Assembly (NCBI GenBank): GCA_937871785.1
Contig: CALMON010000012.1
Location: 1-61,471, forward strand
Direction of reading: 5' to 3'
From: an uncultured Granulicella sp.
GTDB lineage: Bacteria; Acidobacteriota; Terriglobia; Terriglobales; Acidobacteriaceae
Length of the DNA stretch: 61,471 nt
Notes under the pieces: generated by a model
What the model was told of the DNA's origin: nothing
Databases searched by the model: none
Seen by the model: only the letters and a program-made list of their open reading frames with translations
Shown: positions 8,652 to 18,785 of the stretch, piece by piece
How the letters are laid out: the number at the start of each line of letters is the position of its first letter
Position numbering within the stretch: the first letter of the stretch is position 1
Translations under genes and position numbers: made by a program

Positions 8652-11600
8652 GCCGCTGCTCCTTGTGGCTGCTTCAGTTTTCCTTCGACTTCCAGGTCAA
8701 GCCGCTTCCCATAATCCACAGGCGCTTCTTTACGAATGAGCGAATAGATAACTGGCACGATCAGCAACGTGCCGACGGTGGCAAACAGGAGGCCGCCAAT
8801 GACGGCGCGGCCAATGGGCGCGTTCTGCTCACCTCCTGAACCAAGCGCAAGTGCCATCGGAAACATGCCGATGATCATGGCGAGTGCGGTCATACACACG
8901 GGACGAAGCCGGGTGGAACCGGCAGCGAGCGCGGCCTCGATCGAGCTCTTACCTTCCGCCCTGGAATCATTCGCGAAGGTCACGACGAGAATGCTGTTCG
9001 ACGTGGCGACGCCGATGGTCATCAAAGCTCCCATCAAGGAAGGCACGCTAAAAGTCGTGCGCGTGAGGAAAAGCATCCATAACATCCCGGAGAAGGCAGC
9101 CGGCAGGGCCGTCAGGATGATGAACGGATCAGACCAGGATTGGAAGTTGAGCGCCATGAGCAAATACACGAAGATGACAGCGCCGACGACGCCGATGCCG
9201 AGATGCAGGAAGGAGTCGTTCATGGTCTGCACCTGTCCGCTCATTACGACCTCTGTGCCGGCCGGCAGGTGCTCGGAAGCCGCCTTGATGATCTTCGCGA
9301 CATCGCGGGAGACGCCGCCAAGGTCCCGCTCGCTGGTGCTCGCGAAGACATCCATGACCGGCTGGTTATCGTAGTGGGAAACCGTCAGAGGCGTATAGGA
9401 TCGCGTAAATTGCGAGACGTTCCGCAGAATCTGGTCTCCGGTCGCGGCGGAAGCGGTCACAGGGACTCTCCCAAGTGAGCCGAGATCGTCCAGCCTCGAT
9501 TGAGGAGTCTGCACCACAACGGGATATTCGACGCCTGTCTTTGGATCCATCCAGAAGTTAGGCGCGGTTTGTCCGCTCCCCGAGAGGGCCAACAGCATGT
9601 TGCTGCCGACATCTTTCGGCGTGAGACCCAGTTCCTCGGCTTTTAGCCGATCGATGTTCACATCGATCTTTGGAGCGCTGACTTCCTGCTGCACGAACAC
9701 GTCGACGGCGCCCGGAATGTTCTTCACCTGGTCTCGAATGTCAGCGGCTATTTTGTAGGTCGCCGCAGCATCTTTCCCACGGACTTGCACATCAATCGGA
9801 GCGGGCAGGCCGAAGTTGAGCGTCTGATTGGTGATGTCGGCAGGCTCGAAAAAGAAGGTTTCCTGCGGGAACTTCTCCGCGAGGTCTTTGCGCAGGATCT
9901 GCATCCACTCCTGCGTCGGCCGGTGTTTGGGTGTGAGAGCAACCAGCACGTCGCCGTCCCCGTTGCTGGTCGCGTCCGTAGCCGTGAATGCCAGGTTGAC
10001 GCCACCTGGCGGCAGTCCGATGTTGTCCACGATGGTGTCGATCTGATTGGCCGGGATCACGCGCCGAAGTTCCGCATCGATGCGCGTGAAGATCTCGTTT
10101 GTAACTTCAATGCGTGTGCCGGTAGGCGGTCGTACATGGAACTCCATCTGACCGGAATCAACGTACGGAAAGAAGTCCTCCCCGATGACAGGGACCAGCA
10201 GAAGCGAGCAGACCGCCACAACCGCGAAACCGACCAGCACCCCAACGCGGTTGGCGAGCGCCCGGGTAAGCAGCGAGGTATACCGCTTCTGAAAGCCGTC
10301 GAAGTGACGCTCGAAGCGTTGATGTATCCGCCAGATGAAGCTGCAGCTTGTGGGCGAATCCGCGCCACCCTGGTAAAGCGAAACCTCCGCGGGCAGAAGG
10401 AAGTGCATCATCGTCGCAACCAGAGTGCGCGATAGTAAATAAGACGCGAGCATGGCAAACACCACCGCCAGCGCGAGCGGCGTGAAGATGAACTTGGCCG
10501 CTCCGGACAACAGGGTTACCGGCACGAACACGATGCAGATGCACATGGTCGAAACGAGAGCAGGTACGGCTACCTGCTGCGCGCTGTCGAGGATCGCCGC
10601 CGCGAGCGGCTTGTTGCCCTCGCCCAGATTGCGATGGGTATTTTCGATCTCGACGGTCGCATCGTCTACAAGGATGCCGACCGCCAGCGCCAGGCCCCCC
10701 AGAGACATGACGTTGATGGTTTCTCCCAGGGCAGACAGAACAGAGAGCGAGAAAAAGATTGCGAGCGGAATGGACGTGCAGACGATCAGCGTGCTGCGCC
10801 AACTTCCCAGGAAGACGAGGATCATCAGCGCGGTCAGCAAGGCTGCTGTGACTGCTTCCTGCACCACGTCCTGCACGGAAGCCCGAACGATCACCGACTG
10901 GTCGAAAACGGGCGTGATGGTGAGAGCGCCTGGCAGGCCTGCCTTGATCTTTGGGAGCGCAGCCTTCACTTGCTGCACAATCGTGAGCGTGGAAAAGTTC
11001 CCATTCTTGATGACGGTGAGGAGCGCGCCCGCTGTACCGTTTTCCTTCACTAGGCTCGTTTGCGGTGTCGAACCGTCATGGACCCAGGCCACATCCTTCA
11101 TCACCGTGACCGCGCCGTCCGCGGCGCGCACCGGGAGGCTATTTAGCTCCGCAATCGAAGCTGGGCTCGCATTGCTGCCGACGGTGTATTCGCGATCGCC
11201 GATCTTCTCCGTTCCGGAGGGCAGAATGACATTCTGGCTATTGAGTGCGGCCGACACGTCCGCACCTGTGAGATGCCTGGCGGCAAGCTGCGTCGGTTCC
11301 ATGTCCACCATCACTGCTCGCTGCACACCGCCGTAAGGCACCGGAATCGACGCCCCTTCCACTGTTGCCAGTTTTGGACGGATGAAGTTCTGGCCGAGGT
11401 CGTAGAGTGTTTCCTGCGAAAGCCCTTGACCTGCAAGGCTGAGCTGCACGATGGGCACACTCGATGCGTCGTACTTGAGGATCTGCGGTGGCAAGATCCC
11501 GGGCGGCATCTGCTTCAAAACGGATTGCGCTAGAGAGGTGACCTGCGCGATGGCGAGATCGATCTGCACGCTTGGCTGGAAGTAGATTTTGATGACGCCC

Positions 11601-11866
11601 ACGCCCGCGTAGGATTGTGACTCAATATGCTGGACGTTGTTGACGGTCGTAGAAAGCGAACGCTCGCAAATGCCGACGATCCGTTTCGACATGTCATCGG
11701 AGTCCAGTCCGTTGTAGGTCCAAATGACGCTGACGATCGGGATGTTGATCTCTGGCAGAATATCGGTAGGCGTGGTCACAATGGATGTAATGCCGGCGAT
11801 CAGGATGAGAAGCGCGACAATGACAAAGGTGTAGGGTCTTCGCAACGCGATTCGAACCAGCCACAT
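8648..11866 (-). CDS. efflux RND transporter permease (AcrB/AcrF/NolG family)
   Basis: 1072 aa; MWLVRIALRRPYTF, GLALAVGILVDDATVEIEN, RLRPVCMTALAMIIGMFPMAL. Confidence 0.97.
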   Translation of the reverse strand: MWLVRIALRRPYTFVIVALLILIAGITSIVTTPTDILPEINIPIVSVIWTYNGLDSDDMSKRIVGICERSLSTTVNNVQHIESQSYAGVGVIKIYFQPSVQIDLAIAQVTSLAQSVLKQMPPGILPPQILKYDASSVPIVQLSLAGQGLSQETLYDLGQNFIRPKLATVEGASIPVPYGGVQRAVMVDMEPTQLAARHLTGADVSAALNSQNVILPSGTEKIGDREYTVGSNASPASIAELNSLPVRAADGAVTVMKDVAWVHDGSTPQTSLVKENGTAGALLTVIKNGNFSTLTIVQQVKAALPKIKAGLPGALTITPVFDQSVIVRASVQDVVQEAVTAALLTALMILVFLGSWRSTLIVCTSIPLAIFFSLSVLSALGETINVMSLGGLALAVGILVDDATVEIENTHRNLGEGNKPLAAAILDSAQQVAVPALVSTMCICIVFVPVTLLSGAAKFIFTPLALAVVFAMLASYLLSRTLVATMMHFLLPAEVSLYQGGADSPTSCSFIWRIHQRFERHFDGFQKRYTSLLTRALANRVGVLVGFAVVAVCSLLLVPVIGEDFFPYVDSGQMEFHVRPPTGTRIEVTNEIFTRIDAELRRVIPANQIDTIVDNIGLPPGGVNLAFTATDATSNGDGDVLVALTPKHRPTQEWMQILRKDLAEKFPQETFFFEPADITNQTLNFGLPAPIDVQVRGKDAAATYKIAADIRDQVKNIPGAVDVFVQQEVSAPKIDVNIDRLKAEELGLTPKDVGSNMLLALSGSGQTAPNFWMDPKTGVEYPVVVQTPQSRLDDLGSLGRVPVTASAATGDQILRNVSQFTRSYTPLTVSHYDNQPVMDVFASTSERDLGGVSRDVAKIIKAASEHLPAGTEVVMSGQVQTMNDSFLHLGIGVVGAVIFVYLLMALNFQSWSDPFIILTALPAAFSGMLWMLFLTRTTFSVPSLMGALMTIGVATSNSILVVTFANDSRAEGKSSIEAALAAGSTRLRPVCMTALAMIIGMFPMALALGSGGEQNAPIGRAVIGGLLFATVGTLLIVPVIYSLIRKEAPVDYGKRLDLEVEGKLKQPQGAAA

Positions 11867-11977
11867 ACTTGCTCCTTGACCGTGTGCCTCTTTGTTAGTC
11901 CTTCATTGAATTTGCCCAATGGAACGGGGCAGCGTAGCTTCGGGAGAGCTCTTCCTTCTGAGCTCAACCTGGTTTCA

Positions 11978-13489
11978 TTACGGCTTCACCGGTTCGTTAT
12001 CCACACGGAAGCGGTACGTCAGGCTGAAGTAACCAAGTGTTGCAGCAGCGCCCTTGCCTGCCTGTGCCAGCGCAGCGCCCGGGAACAGGTGTCCCACACC
12101 AAAGTTGGCGACGAGATATTTGTGGTAAACGTACTTTCCGGAGAAGTCGAATTCCGTGCCGAGTTGGTTGGAAGTGAAGCCTTGGGCAGGAACAGGGATA
12201 GCGACTGTACCTGCGCCTGAGTAGACGGAATCCCTAACCTGCGCCAGATCCAGGAACCCGCCTTGAAGGAGGAAGGACAAGTTGGCTGCGGGTCCTAGAT
12301 CGAGATTGATTCGTTCCTGGCGGATGTTCTGGTAACCAAACAGGTCGACATTGCCGAAGGCGTTATGATTCGAGGGATATTGCTGATCGTAAGTACCCAT
12401 GCGCTTAGGATCTGTATGAGCATCGCCCGTCGCATAGTCGAATTCTCCCCCCACCCGTGGTCGCCACGGCAACTTTTGCGCAAGGTAGTAGACCTTCACG
12501 AAACTCTGTCCAGCTCGAATGGCTTCGTTGGAGTAGCTACCGCGTTGAAGCGCCGCATTTCCCTCATAGCTGAACTTTGCCGGGAGTAGGCCGTCCACCT
12601 CGGCCCCAAACGTTGCTTCCAACTGGTTCCCGCGTACCCCTTGCGCGCCGGTCACTCCGCGTACGTTGTGGAAGAGCAGGTAAGGCGCAAGCGTAGCGCG
12701 GGGAAGTAGATGGGGGATCTTTCCGTAAGCGCCATGGAACGTCAGGCCGGACCCATGGGTGTCGAGGGAAGATGGATTTACCGTAACAACGGACGTGGAG
12801 AACAAATCAATGCGAGTCTCTTTGCCAAGCCGCAGGTCGAACCCGTCCCAGGTGCGGCTATTATTCGTCCAGTCGCTGATTCCCACAATGCGTTCGGAGC
12901 CAAACTTCAGCTCCTGACGCCCCACGATGAACTCGACTGGAACGGCACGGACGCTGCCATGAAGATTGAGCCAACCTTGCCGCAGATCGAAGACATCCCG
13001 CATGTTGGATTGCACAGCGTGCAAAGGTAGACCCAGAGCGTGCGTGTCGATGAACTGCAGAAGCACGGTGGCGTGTTTGTCGGGCCGCACCTCAAGTCCG
13101 CCATACGTGCGGCTGAGCACGTATGTACGGTCAGCGCCCTGGGTGTCATTGAAAGAGGTCTGACCTTCCAGCCTCCCCCGCAGCTCAAAAGTCAGCGTCA
13201 TCCACGAGGGGAGATGGGCCAGGCCAAGAGGCTGGTCCTTTCCCGCCCTGAAAGGGTATTGGATGTAAAGACCGGCGGTGCTTGTACTTTGCGGAGAGTC
13301 TGCCCTTGAAGCCGTCGTGTCGGGCCCCGTGGTCTGGGAAGGCGGACCTGTCTGACCGAGCGCGTTCCAGCTACACAACGAGAACAGAAAAAAGCACCGT
13401 GCGGTGCGTAAATTCCGGACGTTCCACCAGCGTGGGAAATGCGCCATGCCCGAACACCCCGATACGTAGTGTTTGCCATGCAAGTTCAT
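11978..13489 (-). CDS. alginate export (AlgE-like) outer-membrane porin family protein
   Basis: FDLRQGWL, VGRQELKFGSERIVG..DWTN..RTWDG, YATGD, YDQQYPSNH, LGTEFDF; C-terminal YRF beta strand. Confidence 0.85.
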   Translation of the reverse strand: MNLHGKHYVSGCSGMAHFPRWWNVRNLRTARCFFLFSLCSWNALGQTGPPSQTTGPDTTASRADSPQSTSTAGLYIQYPFRAGKDQPLGLAHLPSWMTLTFELRGRLEGQTSFNDTQGADRTYVLSRTYGGLEVRPDKHATVLLQFIDTHALGLPLHAVQSNMRDVFDLRQGWLNLHGSVRAVPVEFIVGRQELKFGSERIVGISDWTNNSRTWDGFDLRLGKETRIDLFSTSVVTVNPSSLDTHGSGLTFHGAYGKIPHLLPRATLAPYLLFHNVRGVTGAQGVRGNQLEATFGAEVDGLLPAKFSYEGNAALQRGSYSNEAIRAGQSFVKVYYLAQKLPWRPRVGGEFDYATGDAHTDPKRMGTYDQQYPSNHNAFGNVDLFGYQNIRQERINLDLGPAANLSFLLQGGFLDLAQVRDSVYSGAGTVAIPVPAQGFTSNQLGTEFDFSGKYVYHKYLVANFGVGHLFPGAALAQAGKGAAATLGYFSLTYRFRVDNEPVKP

Positions 13490-13768
13490 TCGAATCGGAT
13501 CGTAGCCATCATGCCTTTGTCCTCATGCTTGAGCAGGTGACAGTGGAACAGTGAAGCGCCCCGGATCAACGCAAGCAGGAGCAGTCGCTCGGTGACGTAG
13601 GTACGCCGAGCTTCGCTCCAGCAGCGAGGATGCAGCGTAGTGGCCCCCATAGGCACTTCCGGTTATGCATCGAATCACGGACAGACGCCCTACCCGTATC
13701 GCAACAGCCCTGTCATTCTTGCTAACCTGTTGTATTTCCAAGCCTAGCGTTCAGAGTGGAGGCCCGCC

Positions 13769-13784
13769 ATTATCGTTTTGTATA
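13769..13784. promoter_or_regulatory. putative response-regulator box ATTATCGTTTTGTATA (copy 3)
   Basis: Exact copy of 862-877; upstream of the porin-RND operon. Confidence 0.5.
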
Positions 13785-14287
13785 TGCCTTGGTGGAGATT
13801 TCCGTGGTGCGCGGCGCAGAGCGCAATCATAAGCGCCAGCTTCGCCGCGCCAGCGACGCGGTGATGAACACACGGACGCGGAGTCGCATAAGTCGAAGAT
13901 CCCCCCGAAGATCCGTGCACCGCATTTCTGTCATTGCGGGGAGATCAAATCCGGCGCCCGGGGCAGTTCGCGATCAACTTTGGCAAGCGTTCGTTCGGCG
14001 CAGAAAATCTGGAACTTTTCGGAAGGTGGAAACGCCTGGGCCTGGATGCTTAGCTTGGGTGCTGGGCTCACAGGCGGCGTCGGTCAGGTTACGGTCGTGA
14101 CCTGCGAGTTAGGATGACAAGCTCCATCGCGACCCCGATCTCACATGTTAGCGATGCGGCGAGCCGCGGCGAGACCTCCCCGCGCAGGAACCTCATGCAG
14201 TAGCGCACCCCAACGTCGAACGCGAGAGTGACGAACAGCCGTAGCCGCCAAGGTAGATATGTTCACGCGCCGAACGTCTCCTGTCGG

Positions 14288-15505
14288 CTACATGGTTTCG
14301 CAGATGGTATACAGGACGAGGGCTGCAAAGGCGAGACAGGTCATCGTGGAAGCAGTAGCTATGGCGGGATTGACACCGGGGCGGGCGCAAAGCCACGCGA
14401 GGAGTGCGCTGCCACCCGATCCAAAGAGCATTTGGGTACAGCGGATGGCACCGCTACCGGCTCCAGCCACGTGAGGAACCGGCTCCAAGGCCGCAGTCAT
14501 CAGGGACGGAGCCATGAAGCCGAAGGCCATCATTAGAAGCATCGTTGGCAGGACGAAGGCGAGGGGACGGGTGAGGCCAGTCGTTTGTAGTCCGACCAAA
14601 ATCAATCCGCCGACTACCATCAGAATGAGGCCGGTGCGCAGAAACATACGCAACGGAAGGCGTTTGCCGGCAAGGAATCCGCTCGCGACCGCACCGACGA
14701 TTTGGCAAGCCGAAATGACTCCGAAAATAAGTGTGTAGACGTGCTGCTGAACGTGCATTTGGCCCATGAAGACGACAGGAGACGCCGACACGTACGAGAA
14801 GATGCAGGCGTAGGTGCAGGCATAGATGACGGCGTGAACGATAAAAACTGGTTCGTTCAGGAGAAGACCGTAATTGCGTAGAGGAGCTCGCGACGGCAAG
14901 GTCTGTCTGCGTTCTTTGGGATGGGTTTCGTCAAAGAAGAGAAAAATGGCTGTCAGGATCAGGAGCGAGAGGCCACTCTGAACAGCGTAAATGGCGTGCC
15001 ACGGACTGACGAGCAGAACCCAAGAGCCGACGACCGGAGCAAACACGGGAACGACACCGAGAATGGTGGTCATCTGCGACATAGCCTGACGGGCGGTGTG
15101 ACCAGAGAGCGAGTCTCGAATAATGGCCATGGGAAGTGCGACGCTGACACCGGCGGCTGCGCCCTGAAGGATGCGGAAAGCGAGAAGTGTGGCGAAATTC
15201 GGAGCGAGGGCGCAGCCGAGCGCGCCAAGCGCGAAGAGCAGAAGACCGCTGAACAATACAGGTCGTCGACCGAAGTGATCCGAGAGGGGTCCACCGACCA
15301 GCGGGGTAAAGGCGAAGCCGGCCAGAAAGACAGATAAGGTGAGGGCTCCACGGCCGGGAGCGATATGGAATTGCTGCTCAATCACGGGCATCGCGGGCAG
15401 GCCCATGTCGATAGCAAGCGACGTAAGGGCGGAGATGGATGCGAGCAGCAAGGAAAACTTAATGGATGGCGCCTTCATTCCCTTTTTTGGTGACATAGCT
15501 ACCAT
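14288..15505 (-). CDS. Bcr/CflA-family multidrug MFS exporter
   Basis: LAIDMGLPAMP, GPLSDHFGRRPV, FRILQG, about 12 hydrophobic segments. Confidence 0.92.
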   Translation of the reverse strand: MVAMSPKKGMKAPSIKFSLLLASISALTSLAIDMGLPAMPVIEQQFHIAPGRGALTLSVFLAGFAFTPLVGGPLSDHFGRRPVLFSGLLLFALGALGCALAPNFATLLAFRILQGAAAGVSVALPMAIIRDSLSGHTARQAMSQMTTILGVVPVFAPVVGSWVLLVSPWHAIYAVQSGLSLLILTAIFLFFDETHPKERRQTLPSRAPLRNYGLLLNEPVFIVHAVIYACTYACIFSYVSASPVVFMGQMHVQQHVYTLIFGVISACQIVGAVASGFLAGKRLPLRMFLRTGLILMVVGGLILVGLQTTGLTRPLAFVLPTMLLMMAFGFMAPSLMTAALEPVPHVAGAGSGAIRCTQMLFGSGGSALLAWLCARPGVNPAIATASTMTCLAFAALVLYTICETM

Positions 15506-15567
15506 TCTGCAGAACGGGCGTCTCTGCCGGGATCATGTGCACTTCTATCCTCGTCGGGCAGGGCCTG

Positions 15568-16200
15568 CTACGAGGAGGCTCGCGTTTGGTTCGCGGCCGC
15601 AGAGCTTGCGTCGCCGACCGGGTTCAGCAGAGGAAGAAGGAACCGGTAGATGTCATCCACGACTTTTTCTGCGGGAGCGCGGTCCTTCCGGCTGAACCAG
15701 TCCCGAACCGCCCCATAAAGGGCCCAGGCCGTCGAGGTCGCGGCCATTTCTCGAGAGGCCGCGCCTGGCCATCCCTGCATCTGCTCCAGGCCCTTCAACA
15801 GCATGTTGCGAACGACCGTGACGACGGCGGCCTGCAGATGCGGATCGAGTCCGTCAACGCTGCCGACGCCAGCGGCCTCCATCGACAGAAAGTCACAAAC
15901 GCCGAGGATGATGGCGCGAATCGCGGTAAGGCACGTGCCGTCGAAGAAGACGCCGCGATCGCGCAGGAGTTCCTTGAACTGTATGGCCGCCACACACTCC
16001 AGCAGAGCGTACTTGTCGCGGTAGTGCGCATAGAACGTAGCCCGATTGACCGTGGCCGCCTCGGTAACATCCTGAACGGAGATTTCCTCAAACGGTTTCC
16101 TCTTAAGCAGCTGGAGAAAAGCTTCCTGTAGAAGCCCGCGCGTCCGACGGATGCGGGGGTCGAGGACCTCCATTTCGGCCGGTTTCCCTTCGCTTGCCAT
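15568..16200 (-). CDS. TetR/AcrR-family transcriptional regulator
   Basis: DPRIRRTRGLLQEAF...ISVQDVTEAATVNRATFYAHYRDKYAL. Confidence 0.95.
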   Translation of the reverse strand: MASEGKPAEMEVLDPRIRRTRGLLQEAFLQLLKRKPFEEISVQDVTEAATVNRATFYAHYRDKYALLECVAAIQFKELLRDRGVFFDGTCLTAIRAIILGVCDFLSMEAAGVGSVDGLDPHLQAAVVTVVRNMLLKGLEQMQGWPGAASREMAATSTAWALYGAVRDWFSRKDRAPAEKVVDDIYRFLLPLLNPVGDASSAAANQTRASS

Positions 16201-16220
16201 AGAGTCAGCTTACACCTTTC

Positions 16221-16281
16221 TTAAACAACAGTGTTGCTTTTGCTATATCGATGCTGTACGGTTAAGCAACAGTGTCGCTTT
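16221..16281. promoter_or_regulatory. two tandem imperfect palindromic operators (consensus AAGCAACA-G-TGTTGCTT)
   Basis: TTAAACAACAGTGTTGCTTT at 16221-16240 and TTAAGCAACAGTGTCGCTTT at 16262-16281 in the divergent tetR/yceI gap. Confidence 0.7.
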
Positions 16282-16318
16282 TGCGCGCTTGCTCTTATCT
16301 CTGCATCAGGAGAACCAA

Positions 16319-16930
16319 ATGAAATTCGTATCGTCCTCGTTGTTGGCGGCGGCCCTTCTGCTGTCCGCTACTTTCTCGTCGTCCAGATCGGCACTGGCAC
16401 AGTCGGCTCCGGCGCCGTCGACAACCTGGACGCTGGACTCAAATCACACCCAGAGCAACTTTGTCGTCAAGCACCTGACCATCACGAACGTGCGCGGCGC
16501 GATCAGCAACGTCAAAGGGACGGTGGTCTGGGACCCCAGGAACCCGTCCAAGAGCAGCGTCGAAGCCGTCCTCGATGCGACCACCATCGATACCCAGAGC
16601 GCGTACCGGGATAAGGACCTGAAAGGGGCCGACTGGTTCAATGTAGAGAAGTACCCCACTCTCACTTTCAAGTCGACGTCCGTGCAACGCGTGGGAAAGG
16701 GTCTCAAAATTGCCGGAACGCTTTCCATGGCGGGTGTTACCAGGCCTGTCGTGCTGGACGCAACCGAGCCCACGGCTCCGCAGAAGGGTATGCAGGGCGG
16801 TCTTGTGAGTGCACTCGAAGCGAAGACTACCGTGAAGCGCTCTGAATTCAACATCGGAAGCAAGTACCCCAATGCCGTGGTCAGCGACGACATTCAGATC
16901 ACCATCGATGTGGAGATGGATCAGAAGTAG
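16319..16930 (+). CDS. yceI: YceI-family periplasmic quinone/polyisoprenoid-binding protein
   Basis: Signal peptide; WTLDSNHTQSNFVVKHL..NVRG, RDKDLKGADWFNVEKYPTLTFKST, RSEFNIG; AGGAG RBS. Confidence 0.92.
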   Translation: MKFVSSSLLAAALLLSATFSSSRSALAQSAPAPSTTWTLDSNHTQSNFVVKHLTITNVRGAISNVKGTVVWDPRNPSKSSVEAVLDATTIDTQSAYRDKDLKGADWFNVEKYPTLTFKSTSVQRVGKGLKIAGTLSMAGVTRPVVLDATEPTAPQKGMQGGLVSALEAKTTVKRSEFNIGSKYPNAVVSDDIQITIDVEMDQK

Positions 16931-17103
16931 AGGCGCGTTTTCGCGCAAACTGCGTCAGGTCCTGCCGCCTTCGATAGTTCTGGAAGCGAACGCCTTCCGA
17001 GAGCCTTCGACATTCCTGACCGCTTTTCAAACGCCGGTCCTCTGCTTCCGCTTCTGTGCCGAGACCGGTGCCCCAGCCTTTCACCCAAAGGACGAGGTCT
17101 TCC

Positions 17104-17721
17104 ATGCCGCAGCTTCTAGCCATCGAGTCAAGCCCACGGGGCGATTACTCCATCTCACGCAAACTCACCGCGACCTTTATCGCCGATTGGAAGGCGCAAC
17201 ATCCAGGCGGGACAGTCGTGCTTCGCGACCTGATGAAAACGACCCTGCCTTTTGTCGATCTGCCCTGGATCCTGGGCGCTTACACGCCTGCCGAGCAGCA
17301 CTCCCCGGAGATGAAGCAGGCCCTGGAGATCTCGAACGAACTCATCGCGGAACTCATGGCGGCAGACGCGATTGTACTTGGAACGAGTATGTACAACTTC
17401 TCGATCCCTGCCGTGCTGAAAGCCTATATCGACCATATCGTGCGCGTTGGGGTCACCTTCACGCCCAGCTACGAAGGGCTCGTCAAGGGCAAGAAGGCCA
17501 CCATCATTCTTGCCTCGGGCGGACTCTACACGCCGGGCGCTCCGGCGGAAGGCTATAACGTCGCGATCAGCTACCTGAAGCAGGTGCTCGGCTTCATCGG
17601 CATCACAGACGTGAACGTCGTGCTTGCTGGCGGTACCGCCGCGATCGATATGGGAAAAGCAACGCTGCCGGAGGTGCTCGACCAGTTTGAGCCCGCCGTC
17701 TCACAAGCCGCAAAGGCGTAA
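17104..17721 (+). CDS. azoR: FMN-dependent NADH-azoreductase / quinone reductase
   Basis: LLAIESSPRGDYSISRKL, ADAIVLGTSMYNFSIPAVLKAYIDHIVRVGVTF, ASGGLY. Confidence 0.93.
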   Translation: MPQLLAIESSPRGDYSISRKLTATFIADWKAQHPGGTVVLRDLMKTTLPFVDLPWILGAYTPAEQHSPEMKQALEISNELIAELMAADAIVLGTSMYNFSIPAVLKAYIDHIVRVGVTFTPSYEGLVKGKKATIILASGGLYTPGAPAEGYNVAISYLKQVLGFIGITDVNVVLAGGTAAIDMGKATLPEVLDQFEPAVSQAAKA

Positions 17722-17737
17722 TCCCCACTTGGGGATC
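17721..17737 (+). other. short hairpin ATCCCCA-CTT-GGGGAT after azoR
   Basis: Inverted repeat immediately after the stop; no adjacent strong U tract. Confidence 0.3.
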
Positions 17738-17873
17738 GGCTTCGGTCGCGTTTCCTTTATGGACATGCAGCGAGCGACGGGCGGTGCGGCATAGCTCCTG
17801 TACCGCAAGCGCTGCAATAAGCCGTTCCAGGCCGGGCCCGATATCGGGCCCGAGTCCCCTAGAGAGAAACCCT

Positions 17874-18785
17874 ATGACTGCCATTCTCGACGCCTCTGCT
17901 CCCGGCATTGCGCCTCCACGTTACTGCCTGCCTGCATCCGCGCGTGTCGGGCGGGTTCGCCTCGCCGTCTCTCACGTACAGCGCTCCGTTGCGTTTTACA
18001 CGGAGATCATTGGGCTCTCGGTTCTGCGACAAAGAGCAGACTTCGCGACCCTCGGCGTAGGGGAGAACGGCCGCGTACTGCTTGAGCTGGAAGAGGTTGC
18101 CGGTGTTCAACCGATCACGCGCGGCACCCGCCTGGGTCTGTATCACACGGCCATTCTGCTTCCGAGCCGGGCCGATCTCAGTAGTTTTGTCGAGCAGGCC
18201 AGGCGCCTCGGCGTCCCTTTCGGCGCAGGCGATCACGCCGTCAGTGAAGCCATCTATCTGGTCGATCCTGACGGGCTCAGCGTAGAGGTATACGCCGACC
18301 GCAATCGCGGTTCCTGGACCATTCGCAACGGTGAGATCGTTACAGGCACCGCAGCGCTGGACCTAGGGGGTCTGCTTGCGGCGCCTCACGAACCTTGGCG
18401 AGGTGTGCCCGCGGGCACGGTCATGGGCCACATTCACTTTTATGTTGGAGACATGGACCAAGGCACGCGTTTTTATCATCACGGGCTCGGCATGAACATC
18501 ATGACCTCGGTCTTTCCCGGCGCTCTCTTTGTGGCAGCAGGGGGGTACCACCACCATGTGGCGTTCAACATCTGGGCGGCGGGTTCGCCGCAGGCAGCGC
18601 AAACAGACGCGAGAGTGCTGTTCTGGGAGCTGCTGTTACCGGACGAGAAAGAAGTCATACGAGTAGCGGCAAGTCTTGCGACCGCAGGGTGGCAGGCATC
18701 AGCCAGCGACAACGGCGATCGCATGATCTCGGACCCCTGGGGCATCAATGTTCTGCTGTCGGCCGATCAAGGCAGAATCGCTTGA
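17874..18785 (+). CDS. VOC-family protein, CatE-like catechol 2,3-dioxygenase
   Basis: GLYHTAILLPSRADL, GAGDHAVSEAIYLVDPDGLSVEVYADR, MGHIHF, AAGGYHHHVAFNIW, DPWG. Confidence 0.9.
   Translation: MTAILDASAPGIAPPRYCLPASARVGRVRLAVSHVQRSVAFYTEIIGLSVLRQRADFATLGVGENGRVLLELEEVAGVQPITRGTRLGLYHTAILLPSRADLSSFVEQARRLGVPFGAGDHAVSEAIYLVDPDGLSVEVYADRNRGSWTIRNGEIVTGTAALDLGGLLAAPHEPWRGVPAGTVMGHIHFYVGDMDQGTRFYHHGLGMNIMTSVFPGALFVAAGGYHHHVAFNIWAAGSPQAAQTDARVLFWELLLPDEKEVIRVAASLATAGWQASASDNGDRMISDPWGINVLLSADQGRIA

Noticed and set aside
11978-13489. Alginate biosynthesis locus
   Set aside because: No alg8/alg44/algD or other polysaccharide synthesis genes nearby
13523-14240. Short ORFs or a structured RNA in the 800-bp gap upstream of the porin
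   Set aside because: No coding signature or recognisable riboswitch; only the 16-bp box is supportable
18395-18781. N-terminal extension of the 363-aa hydrolase ORF
   Set aside because: Out-of-frame overlap with the catE-like gene; hydrolase motifs begin only after 18782
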